A stretch of DNA of 64,000 nucleotides, from assembly GCA_021850985.1 (NCBI GenBank), contig JAJZJX010000002.1, positions 14,652 through 78,651 of the forward strand, read 5' to 3'. Made by a program: the position numbers and the translations under genes. Positions within the stretch are counted from its first letter, which is position 1, and the number at the start of each line of letters is the position of its first letter. This DNA comes from a bacterium. GTDB lineage: Bacteria; SZUA-79; Acidulodesulfobacterales; Acidulodesulfobacteraceae. This document shows positions 43,483 to 52,515 of this stretch, piece after piece. The notes under the pieces are model-generated. The model worked only from the letters and a program-made list of their open reading frames with translations. It had not been told where the DNA came from and made no database searches.

Positions 43483-45057
43483 TTATCCGTGTTTATCAGC
43501 GCTTTTTGCCGGTCGCAAATATCCTTTATAATGCAAATACTCAAGGTTTCTAAGGGACACGCCTTTATTGAGGACTATAAGGTTTAAACCGTTTTTTCCG
43601 GCCGATCCGCCCGATTTATCGTTAAACAGGTAATCGTCTAACGCCTCGTATAATTCCAAAGGGGAATCTATCTGCCTTCCTGCGGAATTATTTATAATCT
43701 CTTCCGCCGCTTCGGAAAAATTTTGAACGTATCTGCCGAAAATTACCGGCTTCCCGAAAATTAAAGGCTCCAGCAGATTATGCCCGCCCGACGGAACCAT
43801 GCTTCCCCCGACGAAAGCGGCGCCGCATAAGGCGTAAACGGTTAAAAGCTGGCCTATGATATCTACTAATACCACGACAACTGTAGAAATATCGGCAGCG
43901 GAAGAAATACTGTTTCTATAATTTGATATGAATGGGGGCGCATCGTTTCGGATTAAACCATGCGGGGATTCATAATGCTGGGAATCATAAATCGAAGAAA
44001 GTTTGTAAATTTCGATTTCCGGCGCATAGCCGTTAAGCAGTCTATAAACCTCGTCGAACCTTTCAGGATGGCGCGGAGCAAGAAAGAGAAAAATTCTATT
44101 ATTTTTGGCATTAATTTTATTTAATTTTATTACGGTATCGACGACGGTCTCTTCTTCGCCTTTATGGGTGCTTCCGGCTGCTATTATTATTGCGGTTTTT
44201 GCGGCGGCGGCTTTGCTGTTTGCGGCGTCAATGCAGGCCGTTTCGCCATTTTCGTTATTTACATTACCGCAATTTGTATAAGCGGTTTCGCCGTTTAACG
44301 TTTTTGCCTTTTCCGTGCTGTTATCGGTTTTAAATTCTATAAATCTTTTAAGAATTTCGCTTTTTTCTTTTATGTCTCCCGCAATCAGCGAAGCGTCCAT
44401 ATCGAATTTCATATTGCCGGTTCGGCTCATATTTTCTTTTTTAACGCCGAGCGAAGCAAATCTTTCACAATAAATATCGGATATGCACAGAACCGCATCT
44501 ATCTTTTTAAATATATATCCGAAAAAGAATTTAAAACGGATATAATTTTTATAAGACTTTTCCGAAATTCTTGCGTTTATTAACGCTACTGGGATATTTT
44601 TTTTCTTTAAAACATTAAAAAGATTCGGCCATATTTCCGTTTCTACGGAGATAAAAAGCGAAGGCTTAATAAGCTTTAAAAGGCTTCGCAAAGAAAATAA
44701 GAAATCGTAAGGAAAATAAAATATTAAAACGTTATCGTCTTTTTTATAGAGATTATCCGCAAAATCGAAACCGGTTTTCGTCGTAGCCGAAAGATAGATT
44801 TTTTTGCCGTATTCCGACTTAATTAAATCGATAAACTTTACGGCCGCCCTCATTTCCCCCAAAGATACGGCATGAATCCAGACGCCTTCTTCAAAAACAT
44901 TTTCTTTTAAAGGCTTAAAGGCGAAAGGGAAAAACTTATATAAGTAGCCTTCGCTTTTTTTATTTTTAGTAATGTTAAAAAAAGTTAAAGTTATAAAAAA
45001 AAACGGAAATAAAAACATTAAAATAATATTATAAACGGTGAATAAAACTTTTTCCAT
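43483..45057 (-). CDS. waaA: 3-deoxy-D-manno-octulosonic acid (Kdo) transferase, with internal low-complexity inserts
   Basis: VWIHAVSLGEMRAAVKFI, AAGSTHKGEE, and FVGGSMVPSGGHNLLEP are WaaA/KdtA motifs. At 524 aa it is about 100 aa longer than usual. Confidence 0.9.
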   Translation of the reverse strand: MEKVLFTVYNIILMFLFPFFFITLTFFNITKNKKSEGYLYKFFPFAFKPLKENVFEEGVWIHAVSLGEMRAAVKFIDLIKSEYGKKIYLSATTKTGFDFADNLYKKDDNVLIFYFPYDFLFSLRSLLKLIKPSLFISVETEIWPNLFNVLKKKNIPVALINARISEKSYKNYIRFKFFFGYIFKKIDAVLCISDIYCERFASLGVKKENMSRTGNMKFDMDASLIAGDIKEKSEILKRFIEFKTDNSTEKAKTLNGETAYTNCGNVNNENGETACIDAANSKAAAAKTAIIIAAGSTHKGEEETVVDTVIKLNKINAKNNRIFLFLAPRHPERFDEVYRLLNGYAPEIEIYKLSSIYDSQHYESPHGLIRNDAPPFISNYRNSISSAADISTVVVVLVDIIGQLLTVYALCGAAFVGGSMVPSGGHNLLEPLIFGKPVIFGRYVQNFSEAAEEIINNSAGRQIDSPLELYEALDDYLFNDKSGGSAGKNGLNLIVLNKGVSLRNLEYLHYKGYLRPAKSADKHG

Positions 45058-45073
45058 ATATATAAAAGACGGC

Positions 45074-47056
45074 TTATTCCATCTGCTTCAACAGTAAATT
45101 TTTATAAATTCCGTCCATTTTTATTAAATCATCGTGGCTTCCGCTTTCGACTATTTCGCCTTTTTCGAGGACGTAAATTATATTTGCCTGTTTTACGGTT
45201 GAAAGCCTGTGGGCGATTATAAGGACTATTTTATTTCTGCACAAGCCGCCGGATAATCCGCTCTGCGAATCTGTTTTACCCGCATCACCGCCGCCGCTAA
45301 TTCCTGCAGTCACGCCGAAAAGAGCCTGCTGGATTTTCTTTTCCGATTCTCCGTCCAAAGAAGAAGTAGCTTCGTCGAGTATAAGTATCGGGGCGTTCTT
45401 TAGAAATGCTCTCGCTATTAAAATTCTCTGCTTTTCTCCGCCGGAAAGCCTTAGTCCTGCTTCATCGACTATAGTATCGTAACCCTGAGGAAGATTTTTA
45501 ATAAATTCGTCCGCAAATGCGAATTTTGCAGCGCTCACTATTTCTTCCATGCTCTTGCCGCTCGTTCCGTATTCTATGTTAAACCTGACCGTTTCGTTAA
45601 ACAGTACGACGTTCTGGGAAACGTAAGATATTGAATCTCTTAATTCTTTTAAATTAAACTCTTTTATATTTATCCCGTTAATGTCTATCTCGCCTACGGA
45701 CGGTTCGTAAAAACGGGGAATAAGCATAGATATAGTGCTTTTGCCTGCTCCGGAAAAACCGACTACGGCAGCTATCTCGCCTTTATTGATTTTTATGTTT
45801 ATATTTTTAAGGTCGAAATGCTCACTGCCTTCCTTATTATCTTTATTATCCTTATTGATATCTTTCTTGTTTTCTTTTTCTTCGTTTATGCCGCCTGAAA
45901 TACCGTCTTTTTTATCGTCTTCCGCATTATCTTTGCAGTTATTTGCATTATCGCCATGTCCGTTGCCGTAACTTTCAGCATCGTAGGCAAAATAAAGATT
46001 CTTTATTTCCAGAACGCTTATATCTTTTGGAACAGGCTTAGTTCCTCCCGTTTCTTCCTGCTTTTCGTCTAATATGCCGAATATTCTGGTTCCTGCGGCT
46101 ATGCCTTCCTGAAGGCTGTTGTTAAGGCGCGACAGGCTCTTTACAGGCTCGTAAAGAAGAAGAATTGCCGTCAAAAATGAAAAGAACTCGCCCGGAGTAT
46201 ATCCAAATTTTATAACCTGAAGCCCGCCTATAAATATTATAACTGCAACCGAAATTCCGCCTATGAGTTCGACGAACGGCACGGTAAGCCCTCTTATCTT
46301 CGTCATTCTCATAAAAAATCTGTAAAGATTGTCGGAGAGCTTTTTAAACCTTTTTATTTCAAACTCTTCCATATTATAGGCTTTTACCATACGCAGACCG
46401 GAAATGGTTTCGTCTAAAAACTTCGTTATATTGCCCATTTCGTTCTGCGTATCGGTACTGGTCCTGCGGGCTTTTTTGCCAAGAAGCGTTACGGGAAAAA
46501 TGACCAAAGGAAACAGGACAAGTACGGCTAACGCAAGATAAAAATCCATATAAAGCACGACAGCCAAAAGAACTATCATAGTAAGAACATCTTTCATAAC
46601 GGCGCTTACGGTATCCGAAACAGTTCTTTGAATGATATTTATATCGTATGTTATTCTGGCTATAAGAACGCCGGTCGGTATTTTGTTAAGCTTTGAAACC
46701 GGCAGTTTGACTATTACAGAATAAACCTCGTCTCTGAGCGACCTTATAATATTCTGCCCTACAGACCCCGTATAGTAAAACTCTGCATAGTAAAAAACGT
46801 TTTTTACTAAAAAGATTAATATGACGAGCAGCGGAATAAATATAAGCTCGGTATAGCTTTTAGTAATAAATATGTTATTTATCAGTGGTTTAACGATATA
46901 GGCGAGCGCGCCTGTCAGGGCTGAAACTATTGCCATGCTTATTACAGCCATAATAAGCTTTTTCTTATACGGCAGGATATACGGAAGCAGTCTTTTTAAA
47001 ACCGAAAAATCTTTTTTTATATTTTTCTTATTAATCATTTTAGTTTTATCCGGCAT
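45074..47056 (-). CDS. msbA: Lipid A export ABC transporter MsbA (TMD-NBD half transporter) with two inserts in the NBD
   Basis: Six-TM N-terminal half; Walker A GFSGAGKST; signature LSGGEKQR; Walker B ILILDEATSSLD; H-loop IAHRLST. 660 aa. Lies in the lpxB-msbA-waaA neighbourhood. Confidence 0.9.
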   Translation of the reverse strand: MPDKTKMINKKNIKKDFSVLKRLLPYILPYKKKLIMAVISMAIVSALTGALAYIVKPLINNIFITKSYTELIFIPLLVILIFLVKNVFYYAEFYYTGSVGQNIIRSLRDEVYSVIVKLPVSKLNKIPTGVLIARITYDINIIQRTVSDTVSAVMKDVLTMIVLLAVVLYMDFYLALAVLVLFPLVIFPVTLLGKKARRTSTDTQNEMGNITKFLDETISGLRMVKAYNMEEFEIKRFKKLSDNLYRFFMRMTKIRGLTVPFVELIGGISVAVIIFIGGLQVIKFGYTPGEFFSFLTAILLLYEPVKSLSRLNNSLQEGIAAGTRIFGILDEKQEETGGTKPVPKDISVLEIKNLYFAYDAESYGNGHGDNANNCKDNAEDDKKDGISGGINEEKENKKDINKDNKDNKEGSEHFDLKNINIKINKGEIAAVVGFSGAGKSTISMLIPRFYEPSVGEIDINGINIKEFNLKELRDSISYVSQNVVLFNETVRFNIEYGTSGKSMEEIVSAAKFAFADEFIKNLPQGYDTIVDEAGLRLSGGEKQRILIARAFLKNAPILILDEATSSLDGESEKKIQQALFGVTAGISGGGDAGKTDSQSGLSGGLCRNKIVLIIAHRLSTVKQANIIYVLEKGEIVESGSHDDLIKMDGIYKNLLLKQME

Positions 47057-48248
47057 ATTTTATTATTTTATCATAAATTATGCCTGCTGCGGCATCAAAA
47101 GGATCGACGCCGGCATCTAAAGTAGAAACTACGTAGGATATTTTTTTTAGCACATTTTCCCTGTATTTTTCGTCTTTTAAAAATTTATCGGCTTCCTTAA
47201 AAACGTTTTCCGCGTTAAACTTAGATTCTATAAGTTCGGGGGCGGTTTCTTCTCCCGCAAGTATATTTATAAGACCGGCATATTTTATTCTTACCAATAT
47301 TTTAGCAAGAATATAGGTCAAATAGTTCAAATAATAAAATATTATTACAGGTTTGCCGTAAAAACAGGCTTCCAAAGAAGCAGTGCCGCTTGCCGTTATT
47401 ATTAAATCGCTCGACGACAGGGCAAAACCTATGGAATCGGTAAACATATACATATCTTTTTTTAAGGCCGGGTTAGAGGCTGATATCATATTCTTAAAAT
47501 AGGAAAAATCTATCTCTTTTCTGAACGGAAAGATAAAAAAAGCATCTTTGTAAGCCGATTTTATCCTTAAAATAGAATCTATTATCCGTTGCGAATGATA
47601 TTTAAGTTCGGTTTTTCTGGAGCCTGGCAAAAAAGATATAATCGGATATTTTCCTTTTAAGAGTTTCTTTGTTTCGCTATCTCCCGATAAATCAACTGAA
47701 GCGGATGAAAGGTCTTTTTTCTTTAAAACGTACAGAGGGTTGCCGAAATAGTAAGACTCTACGCCTTCCTTTTTATAAATATCCTGCTCGAACGGAAAAA
47801 TAGTTATAACTAATTTTATATATTTTTTAATAAATTTTATTCTGCCGTAGCGGGATGCCCAGATTTTAGGCGGGATGAAATAAACTACCGGAATTTTAAG
47901 CTTATTTGACAATTTTGCGATTTTAAAATTAAAAGACGGAAAATCGACGAGAATAACTGCATCAGGTTTGTTTGACTCTATCCATAAAGATATATTTTTT
48001 AATACTTTTTTTATCGTTTTTAATTTTAAAAGCACTTCGGTAAAACCCATAACCGATAGTTCTTTAATATCGGATATCAGCTCGGCGCCGGCTTCGGCAC
48101 AGTTTTTGCCGCCCATTGCGTAAATATTTAAAGATATTGCTTCGCCGGCAAGTTTCTTAATATTTTCAATCTTTTTAAGGGACGATATTAGTCCGCCGGC
48201 AAAAACGTCGCCGGATGGTTCGCCGCAAACTACCAGTATTTTATGCAT
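47046..48248 (-). CDS. lpxB: Lipid-A-disaccharide synthase
   Basis: MHKILVVCGEPSGDVFAGGLI N-terminus. The start is set at ATG 48248 (1 nt after the lpxI stop) instead of the track's TTG at 48269. Confidence 0.9.
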   Translation of the reverse strand: MHKILVVCGEPSGDVFAGGLISSLKKIENIKKLAGEAISLNIYAMGGKNCAEAGAELISDIKELSVMGFTEVLLKLKTIKKVLKNISLWIESNKPDAVILVDFPSFNFKIAKLSNKLKIPVVYFIPPKIWASRYGRIKFIKKYIKLVITIFPFEQDIYKKEGVESYYFGNPLYVLKKKDLSSASVDLSGDSETKKLLKGKYPIISFLPGSRKTELKYHSQRIIDSILRIKSAYKDAFFIFPFRKEIDFSYFKNMISASNPALKKDMYMFTDSIGFALSSSDLIITASGTASLEACFYGKPVIIFYYLNYLTYILAKILVRIKYAGLINILAGEETAPELIESKFNAENVFKEADKFLKDEKYRENVLKKISYVVSTLDAGVDPFDAAAGIIYDKIIKYAG

Positions 48249-48249
48249 T

Positions 48250-49053
48250 TTAAAAAACATAAACGGCAATATCTTCGGAATCGGCTTTCTTGATAAATTC
48301 GTCTTTCCTGATGACTATAGTATTGTGCTCAAAAGCAAGACACGTGGCTTTTACCGAAATTATCGCTTCTAAAGTATCGAGTCCGACAGCAGGTATATCG
48401 AATCTTAAATCCTGATTGGGCTTATTAACTTTTACGATTACAGCGCCCCCGTCTGCAAGTTTACCGCCCCTTATTATAGCCTCGTCAGTGCCTTCTATGG
48501 CTTCGAGGGCCATTACCGATTTATCTTTTACTACGGCAGTCTGCCCTATATCTGCCCCTGCGATAAGCATTGCCGCACTTTTTCCGAATTCTATGTCTTC
48601 TTTTTCTTTTTTGTTTGGCGACCTTTTAGATACTACTCCCGACGGCAAAAATACGGAAGAGATATATTTAGTCTGAGGGACAATGGTTATTCCTTCCTTT
48701 TCCAAAAATTTACAAATAGCATTGAGTATAGTGTCGTCTTTTTTATCTTTTAGGGATAAAAAAAGCGTTATGGCTTTAATATCCGGTTTGACTTTTTTAA
48801 ACATAAGGGTTTTTCTTACCTTACCCGCCATTATTACTTCGCTAATGTCTTCGGATTTAAAAAAATTAACTAATTTACCGAGTTGCCCCACACTGATGTA
48901 AATAATCTTGTCTGCGCGATCTGCAAGAGTTTTGTCTGCTTCTTCTTCGATTGCGCAGACCTTAACCGAATAACCGGCTGATTTTAATTCTTCGATGTAT
49001 ATTATCGGGAATTCGCCGTAACCGGCTATTATGCCTATATTTTTATTTTCCAT
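48250..49053 (-). CDS. lpxI: UDP-2,3-diacylglucosamine hydrolase LpxI (DUF1009 family)
   Basis: 267 aa. IGIIAGYGEFPI N-terminus and LRFDIPAVGLDTLE resemble LpxI. Its position between lpxA and lpxB is as in LpxI-using bacteria. No lpxH is present in the cluster. Confidence 0.78.
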   Translation of the reverse strand: MENKNIGIIAGYGEFPIIYIEELKSAGYSVKVCAIEEEADKTLADRADKIIYISVGQLGKLVNFFKSEDISEVIMAGKVRKTLMFKKVKPDIKAITLFLSLKDKKDDTILNAICKFLEKEGITIVPQTKYISSVFLPSGVVSKRSPNKKEKEDIEFGKSAAMLIAGADIGQTAVVKDKSVMALEAIEGTDEAIIRGGKLADGGAVIVKVNKPNQDLRFDIPAVGLDTLEAIISVKATCLAFEHNTIVIRKDEFIKKADSEDIAVYVF

Positions 49054-49082
49054 ATTTAAATTATACCTTAATCCTGCAATAC

Positions 49083-49184
49083 GGAAAAGGTGTCATATTT
49101 ATTTATTTGCATACTCCTGACTGTATTTGCCGTTAAACCACCCCGTCAGGCTTCGCCTGCCACCACTCCTTTTTAAAGGAGGGG
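49083..49184. repeat. Hybrid element: single family-B arm followed by a family-C module
   Basis: GGAAAAGGTGTCATATTTATTTATTTGCA (49083-49111) has no matching right arm. It is followed by AAACCACCCCGTCAGGCttcGCCTGCCACCACTCCTTTTTAAAGGAGGGG (49135-49184). Confidence 0.85.
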
Positions 49185-49279
49185 AATGAAAACAAGAAAA
49201 AAAGGATGGGCGTTTTATTAAAAAAATTAAAGGTACCGGCCGCGTCGCAATAACTGCCTATTGCCTGTATTGTTTAACT

Positions 49280-50056
49280 TTACCTTGTAATACCCCTTTT
49301 AGAATCGGCTATAAAAGATGTGAATTTTTCGATTTTTTCGGTATTTCCTATTTCCTGTTTTATTTTTTCTATGGCAATTTTAACTGTAGCTTTCGACCTG
49401 TAAACGATTTTGTAGGCATTTTTTATCTGTTCTATCTCTTCTTTGGTAAAACCTCTTCTTTCCAATCCTATTCTGTTAATACCGTAAATCTTAGCCCTGT
49501 CGCCGGAAGCAACGAGATAAGGAGGAATATCCTGCACGACCATCGAACCGCCCGCTATAAGAACCGATTCGCCTATGCGGACAAACTGATGAATTGCACA
49601 AAGACCGCCGAGTATCGCAAAATCCTGAACTTCGATATGCCCTGCAAGCGTGGCGTTATTTGCAAAAATATTCCTGCTGCCGATTGTACAGTCATGAGCA
49701 ATATGAACATGCATCATAAAAAGATTCCCGTCGCCTACTACTGTAACTCCGTTACCGGTAACAGTCCCTGGATTCATAGTTACGTACTCTCTTATTATAT
49801 TGTTATTTCCTATAATAAGTTTTGTGTCCTCGCCTTTATACTTAAGGTCCTGCGGAACCGAACCGATAGAGGCGAATTGAAATATCTTATTTCCGTCGCC
49901 AATGGTCGTGTTCCCCTCTATTACTACGTGCGACGCAATTTGATTGTTTTTGCCTATTTTCACGCCGCCTTTTATAATAGTATATGGTCCGATTTCCGTA
50001 GAATCGTCTATTACGGCTCCGGGATAAATTATTGCAGTTTTATCTATCATAGTCAA
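49280..50056 (-). CDS. lpxA: Acyl-ACP:UDP-GlcNAc O-acyltransferase
   Basis: 258 aa. Left-handed beta-helix hexapeptide repeats; HIAHDCTIG; C-terminal helical domain. Confidence 0.93.
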   Translation of the reverse strand: MTMIDKTAIIYPGAVIDDSTEIGPYTIIKGGVKIGKNNQIASHVVIEGNTTIGDGNKIFQFASIGSVPQDLKYKGEDTKLIIGNNNIIREYVTMNPGTVTGNGVTVVGDGNLFMMHVHIAHDCTIGSRNIFANNATLAGHIEVQDFAILGGLCAIHQFVRIGESVLIAGGSMVVQDIPPYLVASGDRAKIYGINRIGLERRGFTKEEIEQIKNAYKIVYRSKATVKIAIEKIKQEIGNTEKIEKFTSFIADSKRGITR

Positions 50057-50254
50057 TTTTATGTCTATATTATGTTAAATTCGGAATAACCGGCCGCACA
50101 TTCCGTTTAGAATAAAGCAAAATTTTATACTTAGATTAGACCTCTATTGCCGCTAACCGCTCCGCCTTATCGGCTACGTTATTCTTCAGCTAAAAAGCAA
50201 TGCTTTTAAAAACACTGAAGATTATAACTTAAAAGAATAAGGAGTTAAAACGGA

Positions 50255-50737
50255 TTATTTAGGTATAAAAGTTGCCATAAGTTCGGCTTCGGCACAGATA
50301 TTTCCTTCTACTTCCGCTTTGCCGGAAAAAACCCATACGAACTGTTTTCTTTTAATAAGCTCTACTTTTAAATAAATTGTATAACCCGGCAATATAGGTT
50401 TTCTGAACCTTGCTTTATCTATCCCCATAAAGTAAGTTAATTTATCGCGCAAATCATCATTTTCTTCCGTTTTGTATGCTAAAATGCCTCCGGCCTGCGC
50501 AAGAGCCTCTAATATTAAAACTCCCGGCATAACAGGATAACCCGGGAAATGCCCCTGAAAGAAAGGTTCGTTTATAGTTGTATTTTTAACGGCGGTAATA
50601 GATTTGCCTTTTTCCAAAGACACTACTTTATCTATCATAAGAAAAGGATATCTATGAGGCAAAAGATTTAAAATTTCTCCTATGCCGATAACTTCGCCCT
50701 CTTTTAAAACGCTTTTCTTTTCTTCTGTTTTTTCCAT
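50255..50737 (-). CDS. fabZ: 3-hydroxyacyl-ACP dehydratase FabZ
   Basis: LPHRYPFLMIDKV and FFQGHFPGYPVMPGVLILEALAQ are hot-dog fold active-site motifs. Confidence 0.95.
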   Translation of the reverse strand: MEKTEEKKSVLKEGEVIGIGEILNLLPHRYPFLMIDKVVSLEKGKSITAVKNTTINEPFFQGHFPGYPVMPGVLILEALAQAGGILAYKTEENDDLRDKLTYFMGIDKARFRKPILPGYTIYLKVELIKRKQFVWVFSGKAEVEGNICAEAELMATFIPK

Positions 50738-50740
50738 TTT

Positions 50741-51778
50741 TCAACCCTTAGTTTTTGAAATTTCCTTTAATTTCTTATATAATTCCGGAAGTTTCTTGAA
50801 AAGCACTACCGAGTTACGCCATTCTTTTATAGAAAAAGCGGGCGAGCCGGATATTATCTCGCCGTCGTTTATATTGCCCGATACTCCCGACTGAGCCGCA
50901 ATCATAACGTTGTTTCCCACTTCTATATGACCTGCTATGCCCACCTGTCCGCCCATAGTAACGTTATCGCCTATTTCCGTACTGCCGGCTATTCCGGTCT
51001 GAGCCGCAATAACGCAGTTTTTGCCTATTATAACGTTGTGTGCGATCTGAACTAAATTATCTATTTTTGTTCCCGCTCCTATTCTCGTAAAATCTACGGC
51101 TCCTCTGTCTATGGTAGTATTAGCGCCTATTTCTACGTTATCTTCGAGCTCCGCATATCCCGTATGAATTATCTTAACGTAACCGGATTTACTCCTTGCA
51201 AAACCGAAACCGTCGCTTCCTATAACGGCGCCGGCATGAATTATACAGTTATTTCCTATTTTGGAATTATCGTAAATCGTAACATTGGGATATATCAGCA
51301 CGTTATTTCCTATAATAACGTTATCGCCGATATGAACGTTGGGCATTATCCTGCAATCTGCCCCGATAGAACTGTCTTCCCCTATAAAAACTCCTGGATA
51401 AATTAAGGTATTTTCACCTTTTTTTGAAGTTTTACCGATAAAATACTTTCCTTCAAAATTATCTGAAGGAATTTTATTTTTTTCGTCGGAGACGCTTTTA
51501 AAAATCTGCGTTGCCTCCGCAAAAGAAAGGTATGGATTTTTAGAATCTAGTATAGCAAATTTAACGTCGGAAGGCAATTCGGACTTTAAAGATTCATAGT
51601 CCATTATAACCGCGCATGCCTTAGTTTCAAGCAGTTGTTTTATGTATTTATGTCCGGCGGCAAAAGATATTTCATTCTCTTTTGCCGCTTTAAGCGAACC
51701 TATTCCGGAAACGTCTAAACCGCCTATTTCCCCTATAGGGTTAATAGATAACTTAGAAACTATATCTTTTAAGAGCAT
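50741..51778 (-). CDS. lpxD: UDP-3-O-acylglucosamine N-acyltransferase
   Basis: 345 aa. Extended hexapeptide-repeat helix; IAHNVIIG; lpxD-fabZ-lpxA order. Confidence 0.93.
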   Translation of the reverse strand: MLLKDIVSKLSINPIGEIGGLDVSGIGSLKAAKENEISFAAGHKYIKQLLETKACAVIMDYESLKSELPSDVKFAILDSKNPYLSFAEATQIFKSVSDEKNKIPSDNFEGKYFIGKTSKKGENTLIYPGVFIGEDSSIGADCRIMPNVHIGDNVIIGNNVLIYPNVTIYDNSKIGNNCIIHAGAVIGSDGFGFARSKSGYVKIIHTGYAELEDNVEIGANTTIDRGAVDFTRIGAGTKIDNLVQIAHNVIIGKNCVIAAQTGIAGSTEIGDNVTMGGQVGIAGHIEVGNNVMIAAQSGVSGNINDGEIISGSPAFSIKEWRNSVVLFKKLPELYKKLKEISKTKG

Positions 51779-51830
51779 AAAAATAAAGAAAAATTATAAA
51801 ATTATTTCATTTAACACTACTGCATTTATA

Positions 51831-51884
51831 GGCAAACCACCCGTCAGGCTTTCCTGCCCCTCCCCTCCTTTTAAAGGAGGGGAG
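51831..51884. repeat. Family-C double-hairpin element (short form)
   Basis: GGCAAACCACCCGTCAGGctttCCTGCCC-CTCCCCTCCttttaaaGGAGGGGAG. The second stem is a perfect 9 bp (51860-51868 / 51876-51884). Located in the skp-lpxD spacer. Confidence 0.88.
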
Positions 51885-51907
51885 TTATTTTTTTAAAGGT
51901 TTTAGAT

Positions 51908-52435
51908 TTATTTTCCGTTCATCTGCTGTAAAACTTGATTGGTTATATCTATAGAATTTGCCCTATAAACTACGCTTGGTCTGTCTATAACCAGAATATA
52001 TCCGTCTTTTTTCGCGATAGAATTGATAATTGCGGTAGCTTTATTGACTATTCCTTTTAGCAATTCAAATCTTTTTTCCGACATAACGCCCTGTATATGT
52101 TTTTCTTGAGCGGAATAGTTAGATATATCCGTTTCAAATTCTTTAGTTTTTTTTGTTTTTTCTGCGGCAGACATTATGGAACCGTTATTTTTTAAATCAG
52201 CCTGAATTGCCGCAATTTTTTTTCTCATAGCAAGAAGCCTTCCGCTATATTTAGAAACTAAAGCTTTTAATTCGCTGTTTGCAGCTTTTCCTTGGTTAGA
52301 CATTGAAATTACTTTCTGCATATTTACGACCGCAATATTTGAACCTGCGGCATTTGCTTTTGCGGAACCGAACATAATAGTTGCCGCCAGCATTAAAAAA
52401 ACTCCTAAACTTAAACTAAGAATAATCCTTTTCAT
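51908..52435 (-). CDS. skp: Periplasmic chaperone Skp (OmpH)
   Basis: 175 aa. Signal peptide followed by a long coiled-coil, K/Q/E-rich body. Sits between bamA and lpxD. Confidence 0.85.
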   Translation of the reverse strand: MKRIILSLSLGVFLMLAATIMFGSAKANAAGSNIAVVNMQKVISMSNQGKAANSELKALVSKYSGRLLAMRKKIAAIQADLKNNGSIMSAAEKTKKTKEFETDISNYSAQEKHIQGVMSEKRFELLKGIVNKATAIINSIAKKDGYILVIDRPSVVYRANSIDITNQVLQQMNGK

Positions 52436-52515
52436 AAAATAAATCTCCTTGTTAATATTTAATTTTATATACTGCTTTTTATATTTTTACTTCCGATTTT
52501 TAAAGGTTAAATGCC

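Noticed and set aside
49236-50105. ACCGGCCGC octamer on both sides of lpxA (about 49234-49242 and 50089-50097) as possible flanking repeats
   Set aside because: Only 9 nt are shared, in direct orientation with no extended similarity. lpxA sits in its canonical lpxD-fabZ-lpxA-lpxI-lpxB context, so mobility is unlikely. It may be coincidence or decayed repeat debris.
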